From Bdellovibrionota bacterium (GTDB taxonomy: Bacteria; Bdellovibrionota_C; UBA2361; JBIKWN01), in contig JBIKWN010000025.1 in assembly GCA_044356295.1 (NCBI GenBank), positions 1 through 32,784 on the forward strand: a stretch of DNA of 32,784 bases. The letters are read 5' to 3'. A program made the translations under genes and the position numbers. Below are positions 1 to 9,595 of the stretch, piece after piece (position 1 is the first letter of the stretch; every line of letters begins with the position of its first letter). The notes beneath the pieces are model-generated. The model did not search any database. It saw nothing but the letters and a program-made list of their open reading frames with translations, and was not told the origin of the DNA.

Positions 1-30
1 GCTATGTATCTTTTTTAATCCTGCGCGTAC

Positions 31-49
31 TTCGCGACCTTCGCGTTAC
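31..49. repeat. Short intergenic repeat TTCGCGACCTTCGCGTTAC, copy 1
   Basis: 19/19 identical to 30369-30387; internal TTCGCG unit repeated at 9-bp spacing; intergenic. Confidence 0.75.
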
Positions 50-69
50 AAAAAATTAGTATTCAACAC

Positions 70-1695
70 CTACCGAACAGCAGCAGGTATTGGATGTCTA
101 GAAATCGGCAAACGATAAATAAAAATAGTTTTACCCACTCTATCAATAGGAGAAAGATCTTCAAGATAAGAATATCCAGGCCCGATTGTATGTCCTTCAA
201 GACGTTTTGAACGTTCAAGTTCTAATTTAGAAACAGAAATTGCTATGAGACTACCTTGTGCAGGTTTTTCAGCCTTTTCATTAATCAGTTTATAACGGCA
301 TCCAAATGGCAGGAATGAGTAGGGATCGCCCCGTCCATAATAGTCAATAAAAAGACCACAAGCTTTGTTATCCGTAATCCATTGACCGAGTCGTATAGCA
401 TCTTGACCCCAATCATAATTTGAATCGATGAGCCATTGAGTCGGTTTTTTGGAAGGCATTAACAAATTAAAATAAGAAAGTGGGGCACTGGCATACGTGA
501 CGATGTTTAATACGACAGCTATACAAGAAAAAACAACAATCTTTCGAAGAAAGCTTGTTTGATGAATGACCGCGTATATTCCTGAAGCAGCAATAATACA
601 AAGAGATGGATAAATAGGCAGCAAATGCCTCAGTCCGATATTAATCTGAGAAGTAATACTTGTTAGTGCATATGAAATAATCCAAAGCACACCTAATATA
701 TCGAAAATATTTTGAGATATATGTTTGCTAGTCCTGCTCTGATAGAAAAAACTTACCCCTAAAAGAAACAACCAGATCACCTGTTCTTTTAAAATAAAAA
801 GAACAGGGAAGTATAAAAGATTGCCACCACTATAGAGGATTCCACCAAGATATCCCTTCTCTAAGGTTCCAAGCTTTACCCGAACCAGTTGTTGTTGGAC
901 TCCAGTTATAAGATTAGAGAAAAATAGATTATGCCCTGCCAGGGATAGTCCTACGATAACTATTATTCCTGCTGCACAGAGTGAAATAAGTAATAAAAGC
1001 AACCGACTCCCATATTTTTTACTAATCAATGATGGCGATAGTTGCAAACCGCATCCTGCCAAAAGAAGAACAGGAACTAAAAACCAACTAGAAAATTTAA
1101 CGAGCAAAGCAACTAATAAGCTTGCTATGAAAATGAAAATATTCTTTCTAGAATACTCTTTCATTACAATAGCTGCATTGACCAGCACCAGTGTCACCGA
1201 CAGCGCCACTGGAATGTCCATCGTTACATATCGAAAGTGAGCTAAAAAAGTCGGTGAAACTAGTATGAGTAAAAAAGAGTAACAAGTGATCTGCCATCCG
1301 TATAATTTTTTGACCCCTCGAAGTAATGCAACCAGTAAGAGAGCATTAAACAAAATTGTCGTAAGACGAGAAATTAAAAGGATAAGCCTTGGATCGTTTC
1401 CAACATCATATAAGAATTGGAATCCATAATTAGCCCCGATCGAGAGCGACTCATTTTTTGGTAATACGAGCCCAGTATTGAAACTGAAAAATGAAAGAGC
1501 ACCACCGACCAGCCATTTCAGTAATGGAGCCTGCCCTAAATTGAAATTAGTCTTGGAACCATGGAAATAATGATAGCCTACGGCGATATGCTCGGGCTCA
1601 TCGATAATGGCTGCCTCGTTAAATACAGAAGCAACGGCAATAAATACCAATAAAATAATTGCTAGAACTGCACTAAGGGACTGGCTTCGAGTCAT
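70..1695 (-). CDS. GT-C fold glycosyltransferase (GT39/ArnT/PMT-like) polytopic membrane protein
   Basis: IIDEPEH acidic motif after TM1, many TM segments, KFS, GLRHLLP and DSNYDWGQD motifs. ORF extends to 1719; ATG at 1695 preferred because it avoids overlap with the divergent gene. Confidence 0.8.
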   Translation of the reverse strand: MTRSQSLSAVLAIILLVFIAVASVFNEAAIIDEPEHIAVGYHYFHGSKTNFNLGQAPLLKWLVGGALSFFSFNTGLVLPKNESLSIGANYGFQFLYDVGNDPRLILLISRLTTILFNALLLVALLRGVKKLYGWQITCYSFLLILVSPTFLAHFRYVTMDIPVALSVTLVLVNAAIVMKEYSRKNIFIFIASLLVALLVKFSSWFLVPVLLLAGCGLQLSPSLISKKYGSRLLLLLISLCAAGIIVIVGLSLAGHNLFFSNLITGVQQQLVRVKLGTLEKGYLGGILYSGGNLLYFPVLFILKEQVIWLFLLGVSFFYQSRTSKHISQNIFDILGVLWIISYALTSITSQINIGLRHLLPIYPSLCIIAASGIYAVIHQTSFLRKIVVFSCIAVVLNIVTYASAPLSYFNLLMPSKKPTQWLIDSNYDWGQDAIRLGQWITDNKACGLFIDYYGRGDPYSFLPFGCRYKLINEKAEKPAQGSLIAISVSKLELERSKRLEGHTIGPGYSYLEDLSPIDRVGKTIFIYRLPISRHPIPAAVR

Positions 1696-1717
1696 TTGAT
1701 TAGGCAGTATACGTATC

Positions 1718-2635
1718 ATGAGTCAATCAGAGAACCTATCTTTACTCATCTTTCAGATTGAGCACGAAATTTTAGCAGTTGAAGTATTGCAGCTTCATGC
1801 GACCGAAGAACTATTGCTTTGCAAACCACACTTGGCAAGACTTTGCAGCCTTGCGGTTGCTGCTTCGAAAGCACTTGAAAGTAACGAAACATTGATTGAT
1901 TTCATGATCACTCAAAAACTTGTTAAAGAATCAGACCGTCACCGTCTTAAAGAGATTACTGATAAAACAGACTACACAAATGTTGTGCCCTATGACTCGG
2001 CACTATCATCACAAAGTTTTCTCTTGCGCTTCGATGATATTGAATGGGCACTGTGTGCATTCAGGGGTCTGCATCGTGTTCTTGAAAAAAAAGCTGGGTC
2101 CTCGCATTCCATCTTTACAAAGATACTCTCTTCACCAACCGTAATGCTTTCTCTGCTTTTACCGTTTCTTGTATATGCAGTTTTCTATGTCTATACCCAT
2201 AAAGCAGATCCACGAGATTGGTTTAAAAACGGACTCGATGATTTCTCTATTGAAAGTGCGCAACAAGGGTGGGGGCGTTTAGGACTTAACAAATCTGTTT
2301 TAGGTAAACCCCTTACGATAGGGGGTATACAGTTTGATAAAGGTCTTGGTACCCATTCAAATTCAAGAATTATTTTATCCTTCAAAAAACCTGCAAGAGT
2401 ATTCTCTGGGGCATGTGGAGTCGATAGTGAAGTTGGTAAAAAAGGTTCGATTCAGTGTGCGGTGCGTGTTGATGGCAAAATTGTGTATCAATCTGAAATT
2501 TTAAGAGGCGGTGAAGTCTCTGCTCCATTTATAGTGAAAGTCGAGCATGTTAATTCAGTTGAACTCTTAGTAGGTGACGCCGGTGATGGTTTAGGTTCCG
2601 ACCATGCAGATTGGGTAGAATTAGCAATTCGATAA
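1718..2635 (+). CDS. Membrane-anchored NPCBM/NEW2 carbohydrate-binding domain protein
   Basis: C-terminal QGWG..NKSV.GKPLTIGG..FDKGLGTHSNS..VGDAGDG..SDHADW is typical of NPCBM; one TM near aa 143-160; N-terminal ~135 aa unassigned. Confidence 0.85.
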   Translation: MSQSENLSLLIFQIEHEILAVEVLQLHATEELLLCKPHLARLCSLAVAASKALESNETLIDFMITQKLVKESDRHRLKEITDKTDYTNVVPYDSALSSQSFLLRFDDIEWALCAFRGLHRVLEKKAGSSHSIFTKILSSPTVMLSLLLPFLVYAVFYVYTHKADPRDWFKNGLDDFSIESAQQGWGRLGLNKSVLGKPLTIGGIQFDKGLGTHSNSRIILSFKKPARVFSGACGVDSEVGKKGSIQCAVRVDGKIVYQSEILRGGEVSAPFIVKVEHVNSVELLVGDAGDGLGSDHADWVELAIR

Positions 2636-4756
2636 GTGATACGAAATTTCCTTCTTGGTTTCTTATTTTGTTTTTTTGGGCTCTGCCTAGATGTCCCTAG
2701 AACTTTCCCAATTATTCAGAAAGATATTTCAATACCCATTATTACGACTCCATATACACAGAAAAAATATCCCGCCACAGTCGTTCTTGAAAATAACAAT
2801 CAGATAAAAGATCTCTCTCTAAGAGTTGTTCCGGATGATTGTTTAAGCTCACTTACTATCAATGATGTTGAATATCATGAAAAGCAGATTCCATTTTGCG
2901 ATCCAGGTCGAGGAAGAATCCTTGATATTCCATCGAGTCTTCTTAAAGTTGGCGTCAATACTTTTGTATTTACCATCTACAATACAAAAGCTTTAGGTGG
3001 GCTGCGTGATCTGTCATTTATTGATTCCCCTTGGAGATTATTTGCAAAAGCGATTTTTTTCTTTATCGGTATTTTTTTAATTACTATTGCACTGTCTAAC
3101 GAACTGCCATCTGGTTTGAGTAAGACAAAACACTATCTTTTATATCAATATTCATCGATTCTTTTAGTGGGATATCTTATCTGGGCACTTGCACAGTGGG
3201 TTTCACTATATTCATCACAGGCAATACCTTCAGCTATTCCCTTAGTTGTAATGTTTTTCCCTTTTTTATGGATTCTCTATCGACCACTTATTCAGGCTAA
3301 AAATTCCAGTAAGGTAAAGACGCCACCTTGGATGTATTCGGTACTGAGCCTAACGATAATATCAGCTACTGTTTTCTTATCTATCATTGCAATATTAAAA
3401 CATGAATTTTTGATGACAGATTCTTTTGATCTAGGAATTCAAGAGAACCTGTTATGGAATTCAACCCATGGGAATACATTCTTATCAGGAATAATGGGTA
3501 ATATTCCTTATTTTGGGAATCACACCGTTTTTAATTATACATTCCTTATTCCATTCTATTGGATCTTTCCGAACACCAATATGCTGCTCATAGCACAAGT
3601 TTGTCTTGTTGTTCTTGCAGTTATTCCATTATTTCTGTGGTCCAAGCAGATGCTTCGAAGCTCATCCTACGCTTTGATTGTTGTGATGATTTATATTCTT
3701 CATCCGGCGATACTGGGTGCAAGTGTTTATGATTTTCATGAACTGTCATTTGTCCCACTCTGTTATTTTTCATTACTTCTTGCCACTGAGCGGCGCTCAT
3801 GGATGAAATACCCATGCATACTCCTTTTATTGTGTTGTAAGGAAGATAGCTCTCTCTTATTAGGAACACTTGGAATTTCGTTTCTTTTATTCGGCAGATT
3901 AAGAGACGGATTTCTTTTTTCAATCTTAGGTGTCGTCGCTTTTTTTACTCTTACTCAAGAAGTAATCCCATCTTTCGCCCAAGGTGAGTATTCCTATGCG
4001 CATTATTTTGCACCGAACTTGAGTGACGCAGACAGTATCAGATCCGTTTTCTTTAATCTTTCTACCCAATATTATGCTTCACTGTTGAAAGCATTTAATC
4101 ACGAAAGGTTTTTATATCTGATTTCAATGACTGCTCCTGCACTGTTTGCCCCTTTCTTATCACTACCCACGTTCATCCTAGCTTCGTATCCTGTTTTTGC
4201 AGCTCTCATAAGTGATAAACAAGCACTCTACAGTTACGGATTTCATTATTGTTTTAATTTCGTTGCAGTAATGATTGTTGGATACGTATTTATCTTAGCT
4301 GATGAATCACGGTTCTCTAAAAAAACAGTGAGATATTTTTTAACTTTTTCTGCATTCGTTACTATTTTTATTTTTATTCTTAAAGGCCCGATTGCACCGT
4401 TTGATGAATTCCAAACTGGATTTTTAAAAATTAAATCATGGCAGTTTATAGAAGCCCAAAATCTTGAAAAAGAAGAGGTCACCTCGTTCGCAGCGCTTGC
4501 CCCAGAAAATGCTTTCATTGCAACAGAAGAATCGTATGTCCCACATCTGGCAAAACGAAAATCAATTATCACCTATTGGAGGCATGCAGATGATCTCTCA
4601 TTACTGAGTGACTATTATTTAGTGAGTAATATTTCAACTTTTGATAACGTCACTAAAAATCTTTTAGCATCAGATAATCCACCGATCACTTTGGAATTAA
4701 TTCAGCGGGGAACTTATGTAACGTTGTATAAAGTGAATCGGCGCGGCAATAACTAA
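2636..4756 (+). CDS. DUF2079-family GT-C-like membrane protein with extra N-terminal beta-rich domain
   Basis: FDLGIQENLLWN, YFGNH, YDFHELSF, CKED and FHY motifs; GTG start immediately after the upstream stop. Confidence 0.8.
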   Translation: MIRNFLLGFLFCFFGLCLDVPRTFPIIQKDISIPIITTPYTQKKYPATVVLENNNQIKDLSLRVVPDDCLSSLTINDVEYHEKQIPFCDPGRGRILDIPSSLLKVGVNTFVFTIYNTKALGGLRDLSFIDSPWRLFAKAIFFFIGIFLITIALSNELPSGLSKTKHYLLYQYSSILLVGYLIWALAQWVSLYSSQAIPSAIPLVVMFFPFLWILYRPLIQAKNSSKVKTPPWMYSVLSLTIISATVFLSIIAILKHEFLMTDSFDLGIQENLLWNSTHGNTFLSGIMGNIPYFGNHTVFNYTFLIPFYWIFPNTNMLLIAQVCLVVLAVIPLFLWSKQMLRSSSYALIVVMIYILHPAILGASVYDFHELSFVPLCYFSLLLATERRSWMKYPCILLLLCCKEDSSLLLGTLGISFLLFGRLRDGFLFSILGVVAFFTLTQEVIPSFAQGEYSYAHYFAPNLSDADSIRSVFFNLSTQYYASLLKAFNHERFLYLISMTAPALFAPFLSLPTFILASYPVFAALISDKQALYSYGFHYCFNFVAVMIVGYVFILADESRFSKKTVRYFLTFSAFVTIFIFILKGPIAPFDEFQTGFLKIKSWQFIEAQNLEKEEVTSFAALAPENAFIATEESYVPHLAKRKSIITYWRHADDLSLLSDYYLVSNISTFDNVTKNLLASDNPPITLELIQRGTYVTLYKVNRRGNN

Positions 4757-4773
4757 GAATAACTTCTTAACCG

Positions 4774-5943
4774 TTACCCCTCAAAACCACCACCACCTAA
4801 CGATCCTGTACGCCCGGTACTACCGTCTTCAATTCCAGTGGTACCCACCGTGCCAGTTGTTCCTTCGGTTCCAGTTGTTCCAGTAGTGCCCTCAGTTCCA
4901 AGAGTTACACCGGTATCGCTTGAGACACTTCCTAATCTTCCTGTTGACCCAAGATTACCTGTTTCTGTAGTAGGTGTACTTGTAGGTATCGTTGTTGGAG
5001 TGCTGGTTGGCACTTGTGTAGGAGTATTAGTCGGCACTGCAGTAGGCGTACTCGTTGGTACGTTCGTAGGAGTATTGGTCGGTATTATTATAATAGTAGT
5101 AGGCGTACTGGTAGGGATAGAAGTGGCTGTATTAGTTGCAGTTGCCGTAGCAGTTGGTGTGTTTGTTGGTTCACCTGTAATTTCTGTTGGCGTTGCTGTT
5201 GGTGTATGAGTAGCGATAACACCACCAGGGGTAGGGCAAGCAAAAGGAAGTAAGTCACCACCTTTAGCTAAGCTAGGATTAAAAGATCCTGAAACAAAAT
5301 AATTAGCGCAAGTTGGATCGCCACAGGAAAGTGCTCCGCTTTGGCGAACATGGCTTCTGCTGGTACGTGAGACTGATTGTGACTCAAGCATGCCGATTAA
5401 AGGGGCAAAAAAATATTTTATCCCAGAAACTGTCACCGTTGTTTGAATAGCATTTGCAATGCAGTAGTTTTCAGCCTCGTCATCAAGTCCTCTCCAGTAT
5501 TGTTTTGGATCGCTATCATTATAACAAATAAGCCCACGCAGTACTTCGACCTGCATTGTAGAACCTGCTGGGTTAGATGAAATAATCGTCCCTCCCATTC
5601 CACTTAGATCATATCCAGCACTAGTAAAAATTCCCTGGTTAAAAGTGGCTGTGTCAGGAATTGAAGCAACCCCGACAATAGGTGATTGGCTCAGTGACAT
5701 TCTTGCCACAGGTTTTACTCGTGCCCATCCATTCAGCGGCACACAATCAGGCGTCAGTGGATCAGGTTTTTGAAGGTCGGGAATTGCTGCTAAAGAAGTT
5801 GTATCTGAAATATTTTGTGCTTGTCGTGCAACCAGAAACAATCGCCCTAAATCAACGGAAAGTGAAATAGTTGCTAGCAGGGCAACCAAACAGATCATGA
5901 CGAAAATAAGAACGACACCTAATTGTTGTTTTTTACTATTCAT
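4774..5943 (-). CDS. TadG-like (Tad domain) pilus-associated protein with Pro/Thr linker and Gly-X-Y tail
   Basis: N-terminal [29 protein letters not shown] Tad signature; lies downstream of two tadE-like genes. Confidence 0.8.
   Translation of the reverse strand: MNSKKQQLGVVLIFVMICLVALLATISLSVDLGRLFLVARQAQNISDTTSLAAIPDLQKPDPLTPDCVPLNGWARVKPVARMSLSQSPIVGVASIPDTATFNQGIFTSAGYDLSGMGGTIISSNPAGSTMQVEVLRGLICYNDSDPKQYWRGLDDEAENYCIANAIQTTVTVSGIKYFFAPLIGMLESQSVSRTSRSHVRQSGALSCGDPTCANYFVSGSFNPSLAKGGDLLPFACPTPGGVIATHTPTATPTEITGEPTNTPTATATATNTATSIPTSTPTTIIIIPTNTPTNVPTSTPTAVPTNTPTQVPTSTPTTIPTSTPTTETGNLGSTGRLGSVSSDTGVTLGTEGTTGTTGTEGTTGTVGTTGIEDGSTGRTGSLGGGGFEG
4963..5212 (-). repeat. Coding Pro/Thr-rich repeat (8-aa units PT[S/N]TPTxx) in the TadG-like protein
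   Basis: [40 protein letters not shown] plus degenerate units. Confidence 0.85.
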
Positions 5944-5945
5944 TT

Positions 5946-6446
5946 TTAAGAGCCTGGTACATCACAGATTACACCCTCATCTATTGCAGCTTGGCAAGCA
6001 TCAGGGCGGGTCATAAAACAAGGATCTTCAATAAAAATTTTTGTTTCAATACCGAACCAAGTTTTAAAGTCCCAAAGTTGGCAAAAGAAAGGGCACACTA
6101 CTTGAAATTGACTCGTCATATTCAGGGCGCACCTTCCAACAACGGGATCAAAGCACACCGAGGCCCCTGGAAGTGAAACAATACCATCACTTATGCCGTA
6201 AGTGTTTCTTAACACTTCTTCGGCATTTTGTTTTGCGTTTAGTATCAGATCAGGCAGTGAAACATTGCCTTCAACAATAGCTTTTCTTGCCCCACTATCG
6301 AGAGCTTCTATTGTTGCTTGTGTGTAAAAAAATCGAATAGCAAAATAAAAAATTCCGAATATAAAACTAAACATAATGATTGCAACGATTGCAAACTCAA
6401 TCATAACCGCGCCGCGTGATTTTGTTTGAGGTTTATGAGCAGCCAT
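5946..6446 (-). CDS. TadE/TadG family minor pilin (pseudopilin)
   Basis: [12 protein letters not shown] prepilin motif with Glu+5, hydrophobic helix, GARKA; Cys-rich C-terminus. Confidence 0.85.
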   Translation of the reverse strand: MAAHKPQTKSRGAVMIEFAIVAIIMFSFIFGIFYFAIRFFYTQATIEALDSGARKAIVEGNVSLPDLILNAKQNAEEVLRNTYGISDGIVSLPGASVCFDPVVGRCALNMTSQFQVVCPFFCQLWDFKTWFGIETKIFIEDPCFMTRPDACQAAIDEGVICDVPGS

Positions 6447-6927
6447 TCGGCAATCGTCCTGTCATTGAAATTGGAATTTGAATATTATCCAGAAAACCTG
6501 TGATACAAAAAATACAGTTACCATTTGGTACGGCGACAAGTCGCAATGTTTGAATAGTTGGAAATATCAACGGATCCGTTGAGGTCGTTACTCCACTCAA
6601 GTCTCGGTTAATAGCCCATCTATTTGATGGCGGAGGATTCCTTCTAAATAGATAATCCTGTGCTGCTTCGATAGCTGTCTCTGATATTTGAGAACAAGAG
6701 GGGTCAGCGTTTCCACTTGTAATAATTGTAGCAACCCGGACTCCGTCACGCACAGCATCACTTGCAGCATGGGACTGAGTTATCAGAGACCCAAGTTCAA
6801 TGAGTCCTGCCAGTAAAATAAGCAAAAGAGGAAAGGTGATAATAAATTCGACTAGAGCCGCCCCACGCGACCTGTTTTTGGTACGTCTGGGTTCGATCAG
6901 TGAAAAAATAGATTTGGCTAGGGGCAC
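6433..6927 (-). CDS. TadE family minor pilin (pseudopilin)
   Basis: SRG|AALVEFIITFPLLL..IELG..AVRDGVRVA TadE signature; overlaps the next gene by 14 bp. Confidence 0.88.
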   Translation of the reverse strand: MPLAKSIFSLIEPRRTKNRSRGAALVEFIITFPLLLILLAGLIELGSLITQSHAASDAVRDGVRVATIITSGNADPSCSQISETAIEAAQDYLFRRNPPPSNRWAINRDLSGVTTSTDPLIFPTIQTLRLVAVPNGNCIFCITGFLDNIQIPISMTGRLPNGCS

Positions 6928-6933
6928 AGAACT

Positions 6934-6942
6934 AGTATAGCA
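6934..6942 (-). promoter_or_regulatory. Extended -10 element TGCTATACT, 6 nt upstream of the tadE GTG
   Basis: Minus strand reads TGC-TATACT-agttct-GTG; no Shine-Dalgarno sequence visible. Confidence 0.5.
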
Positions 6943-6979
6943 TTAGTTTCAGTAAATATAAGCAGGCTATTTTGATATC

Positions 6980-8173
6980 GTGTTAGAAAAAATTAGAAAA
7001 AATCCCCTCATAGTAGTCTTATTAATTTCTTTGTTGAGCATTCCGCTATTCTTATCGTCTAAGTCCTCCGATACCACAAAACCTTCAGAGTCACTTTCGC
7101 TCGAAGAGATCCGAAAAGAGCTTAGGATTTTTCTGGATAATTTTCTTAAAGGAAGTGGTACTTCTGCTTATTCGAGAATCGCATTACAAGATGGTAGCTT
7201 TTCATTTGAAAACGAAGATACCAAACCACAAGGATCTGAAGGCGAAGGCGAAAGTCGTCCAACCGATGCATGGCGTATGTTGTCTGCTGCTATCAATTAT
7301 CTTCAGACAAACGATAAAAACTATCTAGAACTTGCACTTACATTTAATGATAAATTTACGAATCCTGCTGTATGGAATTCTGTAAGTTTTGCTGCCGCAA
7401 CAACATCGCGGTTACTTGATAATCCAAGTTTTCTTACGGTGCCTATGATTAATGCATCGCATATTAATCAAGAGGCAGAATCTGCAAATGATAAGGAAGC
7501 GTATAAAAAGAAGTTCACAGAGCAAATTGAAGTGATGAGTGTCGCAGCTTACGCGAGGCTTTTTATCGAGCTCTATAGAGCTATCCAGCTCCCTAATAAT
7601 CAAAAATTTTTGATAGAGAATGGTTATCTCGCTAAAGATACACCTTTTGAAAAGCAATATTATGCTGAGCAATATCTTTCTCTTGCAAATTTTTATACAG
7701 ATATTGCCGTTGAATCATCAAAAAATAGCCTTAATACTTCTGCAAATTCGAGCAGTTTTCGAGAAGATACCTGTTGGGCGCTTTGGGCAGCAAGTAGCTT
7801 GCAAAAAATTTCACCAGATAAAGAAAGACTGAAGTTTCTTCAAGAAACAATAGTAAAATCAAGACTTTGGAAGTCTAATCCACAAGAAAATCCTGTCCCA
7901 AATACCCAAGCAGCAATAGCCTGTGCAATAGCAATGAATGATTTAGCTCCAATTGGTTTAGAATTTGAGGAATCCCGTCGAACGTTTGTTAGGGATTTTA
8001 TTGATCCGCTTCGACAGAGCGCATTAGGTCAGAGAGTATGCTCTAATAGGGACGGCGGTTTTTTCAATATGAAAGTTTATTCGGCAGAACAGTGTAATAC
8101 TATGCCAAAGTTATTGAGCGATAACGCATTTGCACAACTTTTATTTCATGAGTTAAAGAATGAAGATCTTTGA
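6980..8173 (+). CDS. Exported or membrane-anchored hypothetical protein, possible alpha/alpha-barrel (six-hairpin-like) fold
   Basis: N-terminal hydrophobic segment; helical motifs [20 protein letters not shown] and KLLSDNAFA; fold is inferred. Confidence 0.6.
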   Translation: MLEKIRKNPLIVVLLISLLSIPLFLSSKSSDTTKPSESLSLEEIRKELRIFLDNFLKGSGTSAYSRIALQDGSFSFENEDTKPQGSEGEGESRPTDAWRMLSAAINYLQTNDKNYLELALTFNDKFTNPAVWNSVSFAAATTSRLLDNPSFLTVPMINASHINQEAESANDKEAYKKKFTEQIEVMSVAAYARLFIELYRAIQLPNNQKFLIENGYLAKDTPFEKQYYAEQYLSLANFYTDIAVESSKNSLNTSANSSSFREDTCWALWAASSLQKISPDKERLKFLQETIVKSRLWKSNPQENPVPNTQAAIACAIAMNDLAPIGLEFEESRRTFVRDFIDPLRQSALGQRVCSNRDGGFFNMKVYSAEQCNTMPKLLSDNAFAQLLFHELKNEDL

Positions 8174-9524
8174 TTTTAAAAAAACGATTTCATCTTTTGT
8201 TTTGCTTCTTTCTTTGACTGTTTTTGGGTATCAATTATTTTTTGGTGTTCTTGAGAAGTCTTATGCTCAAACATGCACCAATGCAGGCGGGTATCGTGAG
8301 CCTGGAACTTGTCAAACAAGAAATGGACTAAACGCAGACCCTTGCTGTTGTGTGAATGGAACTGGCCCTGCCACTTCTTCGAATGGTCGTGTTATATGTG
8401 CAGCCGGTCAACCGTGTATGACAAGGACGAATTGTTCTGGAACTTGCCCAGGTGGTGGTTGTCGATGCCACTCTGTTCGTCCAGGGAATTGTACATCCGG
8501 TGGATGTGGTTGCCAGGGTGGAGATTTCTGTTTTAGGAACCCTGATGTTCGTTTTGAAGCAGTTGGGGGAATACACTCAGGCTTATGTAGAAATGCAAGC
8601 GAGTTTAATGGTGGGGGAAGTTGGCAGAGAGGGCTATGTGGATCGAGTAAATGCCCTGACACATGCCCTCCAGGAAAAGTGAAAGAGAAAGATTGTATAA
8701 ATCGTGGTTGTATTTGTACTGCTTGTACGAATGCTACTATTCCTCTTTGTGTTGCGGTGGTTTGTAAGCCTGCTCCGCCTACTCCAACGCCACCGCCTAC
8801 GCCTACACGGGCTACTGGGAGTGGGAGTAATGGGGTGCCTATAACTGGTGCAGGGCTAGTAGAAACTGGTATTGGTGACGGTATCACAGGAACAAGTGAA
8901 GGTGTCACAGGAACAACCGGAGTAGGTATGGGTTCGACCGGTGAGACAGGCGACGTTGGATCCGATGGCACTACAGGTGGTGGTTCAAGTGGATCGGCAG
9001 GTGATGCTGGAAATGCCGGAAGGGAAGGTAGCGTTGGTGATAGTGGTGAAACCGGTGATACAGGATCAAATAGTGGCAATGTTGGTCGTGATGGATCAAC
9101 AGGTGTCAACGATGGAATAACTGGTGGTTTTGGTTTCACAGGTGGCACTGGAATATCTGGAACTACTGGAACGACCGGTACAACAGGAACAACTGGTAAT
9201 GTTGGAACCACAGGCACAACCGGAACTACGGGAACAACTGGTAATGTTGGAACCACAGGCACAACCGGAACTACGGGAACTACTGGTAATGTGGGAACCA
9301 CAGGCACAACTGGAACTACAGGAACTACCGGTAATGTGGGAACCACAGGCACAACTGGAACTACAGGAACCACCGGTAATGTGGGAACCACAGGTACAAC
9401 TGGAACTACAGGAACCACCGGTAATGTGGGAACCACAGGTACTACTGGTAATACAGGAACAACTGGATCAGTAACAGGAACCTCCGGCGTCCCTGTTCCC
9501 CAACAATTCTTTTTAGTTCGATAA
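8160..9524 (+). CDS. Secreted Cys-rich protein with Thr-rich Gly-X-Y repeat domain
   Basis: Signal peptide-like N-terminus (..SYA|QT); 25 Cys in ~165 aa; [11 protein letters not shown] linker; long GTT/GNV repeat. Confidence 0.85.
   Translation: MKIFDFKKTISSFVLLLSLTVFGYQLFFGVLEKSYAQTCTNAGGYREPGTCQTRNGLNADPCCCVNGTGPATSSNGRVICAAGQPCMTRTNCSGTCPGGGCRCHSVRPGNCTSGGCGCQGGDFCFRNPDVRFEAVGGIHSGLCRNASEFNGGGSWQRGLCGSSKCPDTCPPGKVKEKDCINRGCICTACTNATIPLCVAVVCKPAPPTPTPPPTPTRATGSGSNGVPITGAGLVETGIGDGITGTSEGVTGTTGVGMGSTGETGDVGSDGTTGGGSSGSAGDAGNAGREGSVGDSGETGDTGSNSGNVGRDGSTGVNDGITGGFGFTGGTGISGTTGTTGTTGTTGNVGTTGTTGTTGTTGNVGTTGTTGTTGTTGNVGTTGTTGTTGTTGNVGTTGTTGTTGTTGNVGTTGTTGTTGTTGNVGTTGTTGNTGTTGSVTGTSGVPVPQQFFLVR
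9159..9428 (+). repeat. Coding tandem repeat, 6 x 45 bp ([15 protein letters not shown])
   Basis: GGTAATGT recurs at 9195, 9240, 9285, 9330, 9375 and 9420; differences are synonymous. Confidence 0.95.
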
Positions 9525-9595
9525 CTTATATTTTTCTCTGAAACCTTGTTTTTTAATAGACTAGCTTCCTATCTAGCAGTAAAATATTGCTCGCT

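Noticed and set aside
4838..5209. Val/Gly-rich plus-strand ORF
   Set aside because: Antisense shadow of the TadG-like Pro/Thr repeats
8455..8472. GCRCH as a heme c binding site
   Set aside because: It is CxCH, not CxxCH, and occurs once within a generally Cys-rich domain
9159..9428. 45-bp periodic array as a CRISPR array
   Set aside because: No unique spacers; variation is synonymous within an ORF; no cas genes
8408..9436. 342-aa minus-strand Pro/Val-rich ORF
   Set aside because: Antisense shadow of the Gly/Thr repeat codons of 8160-9524
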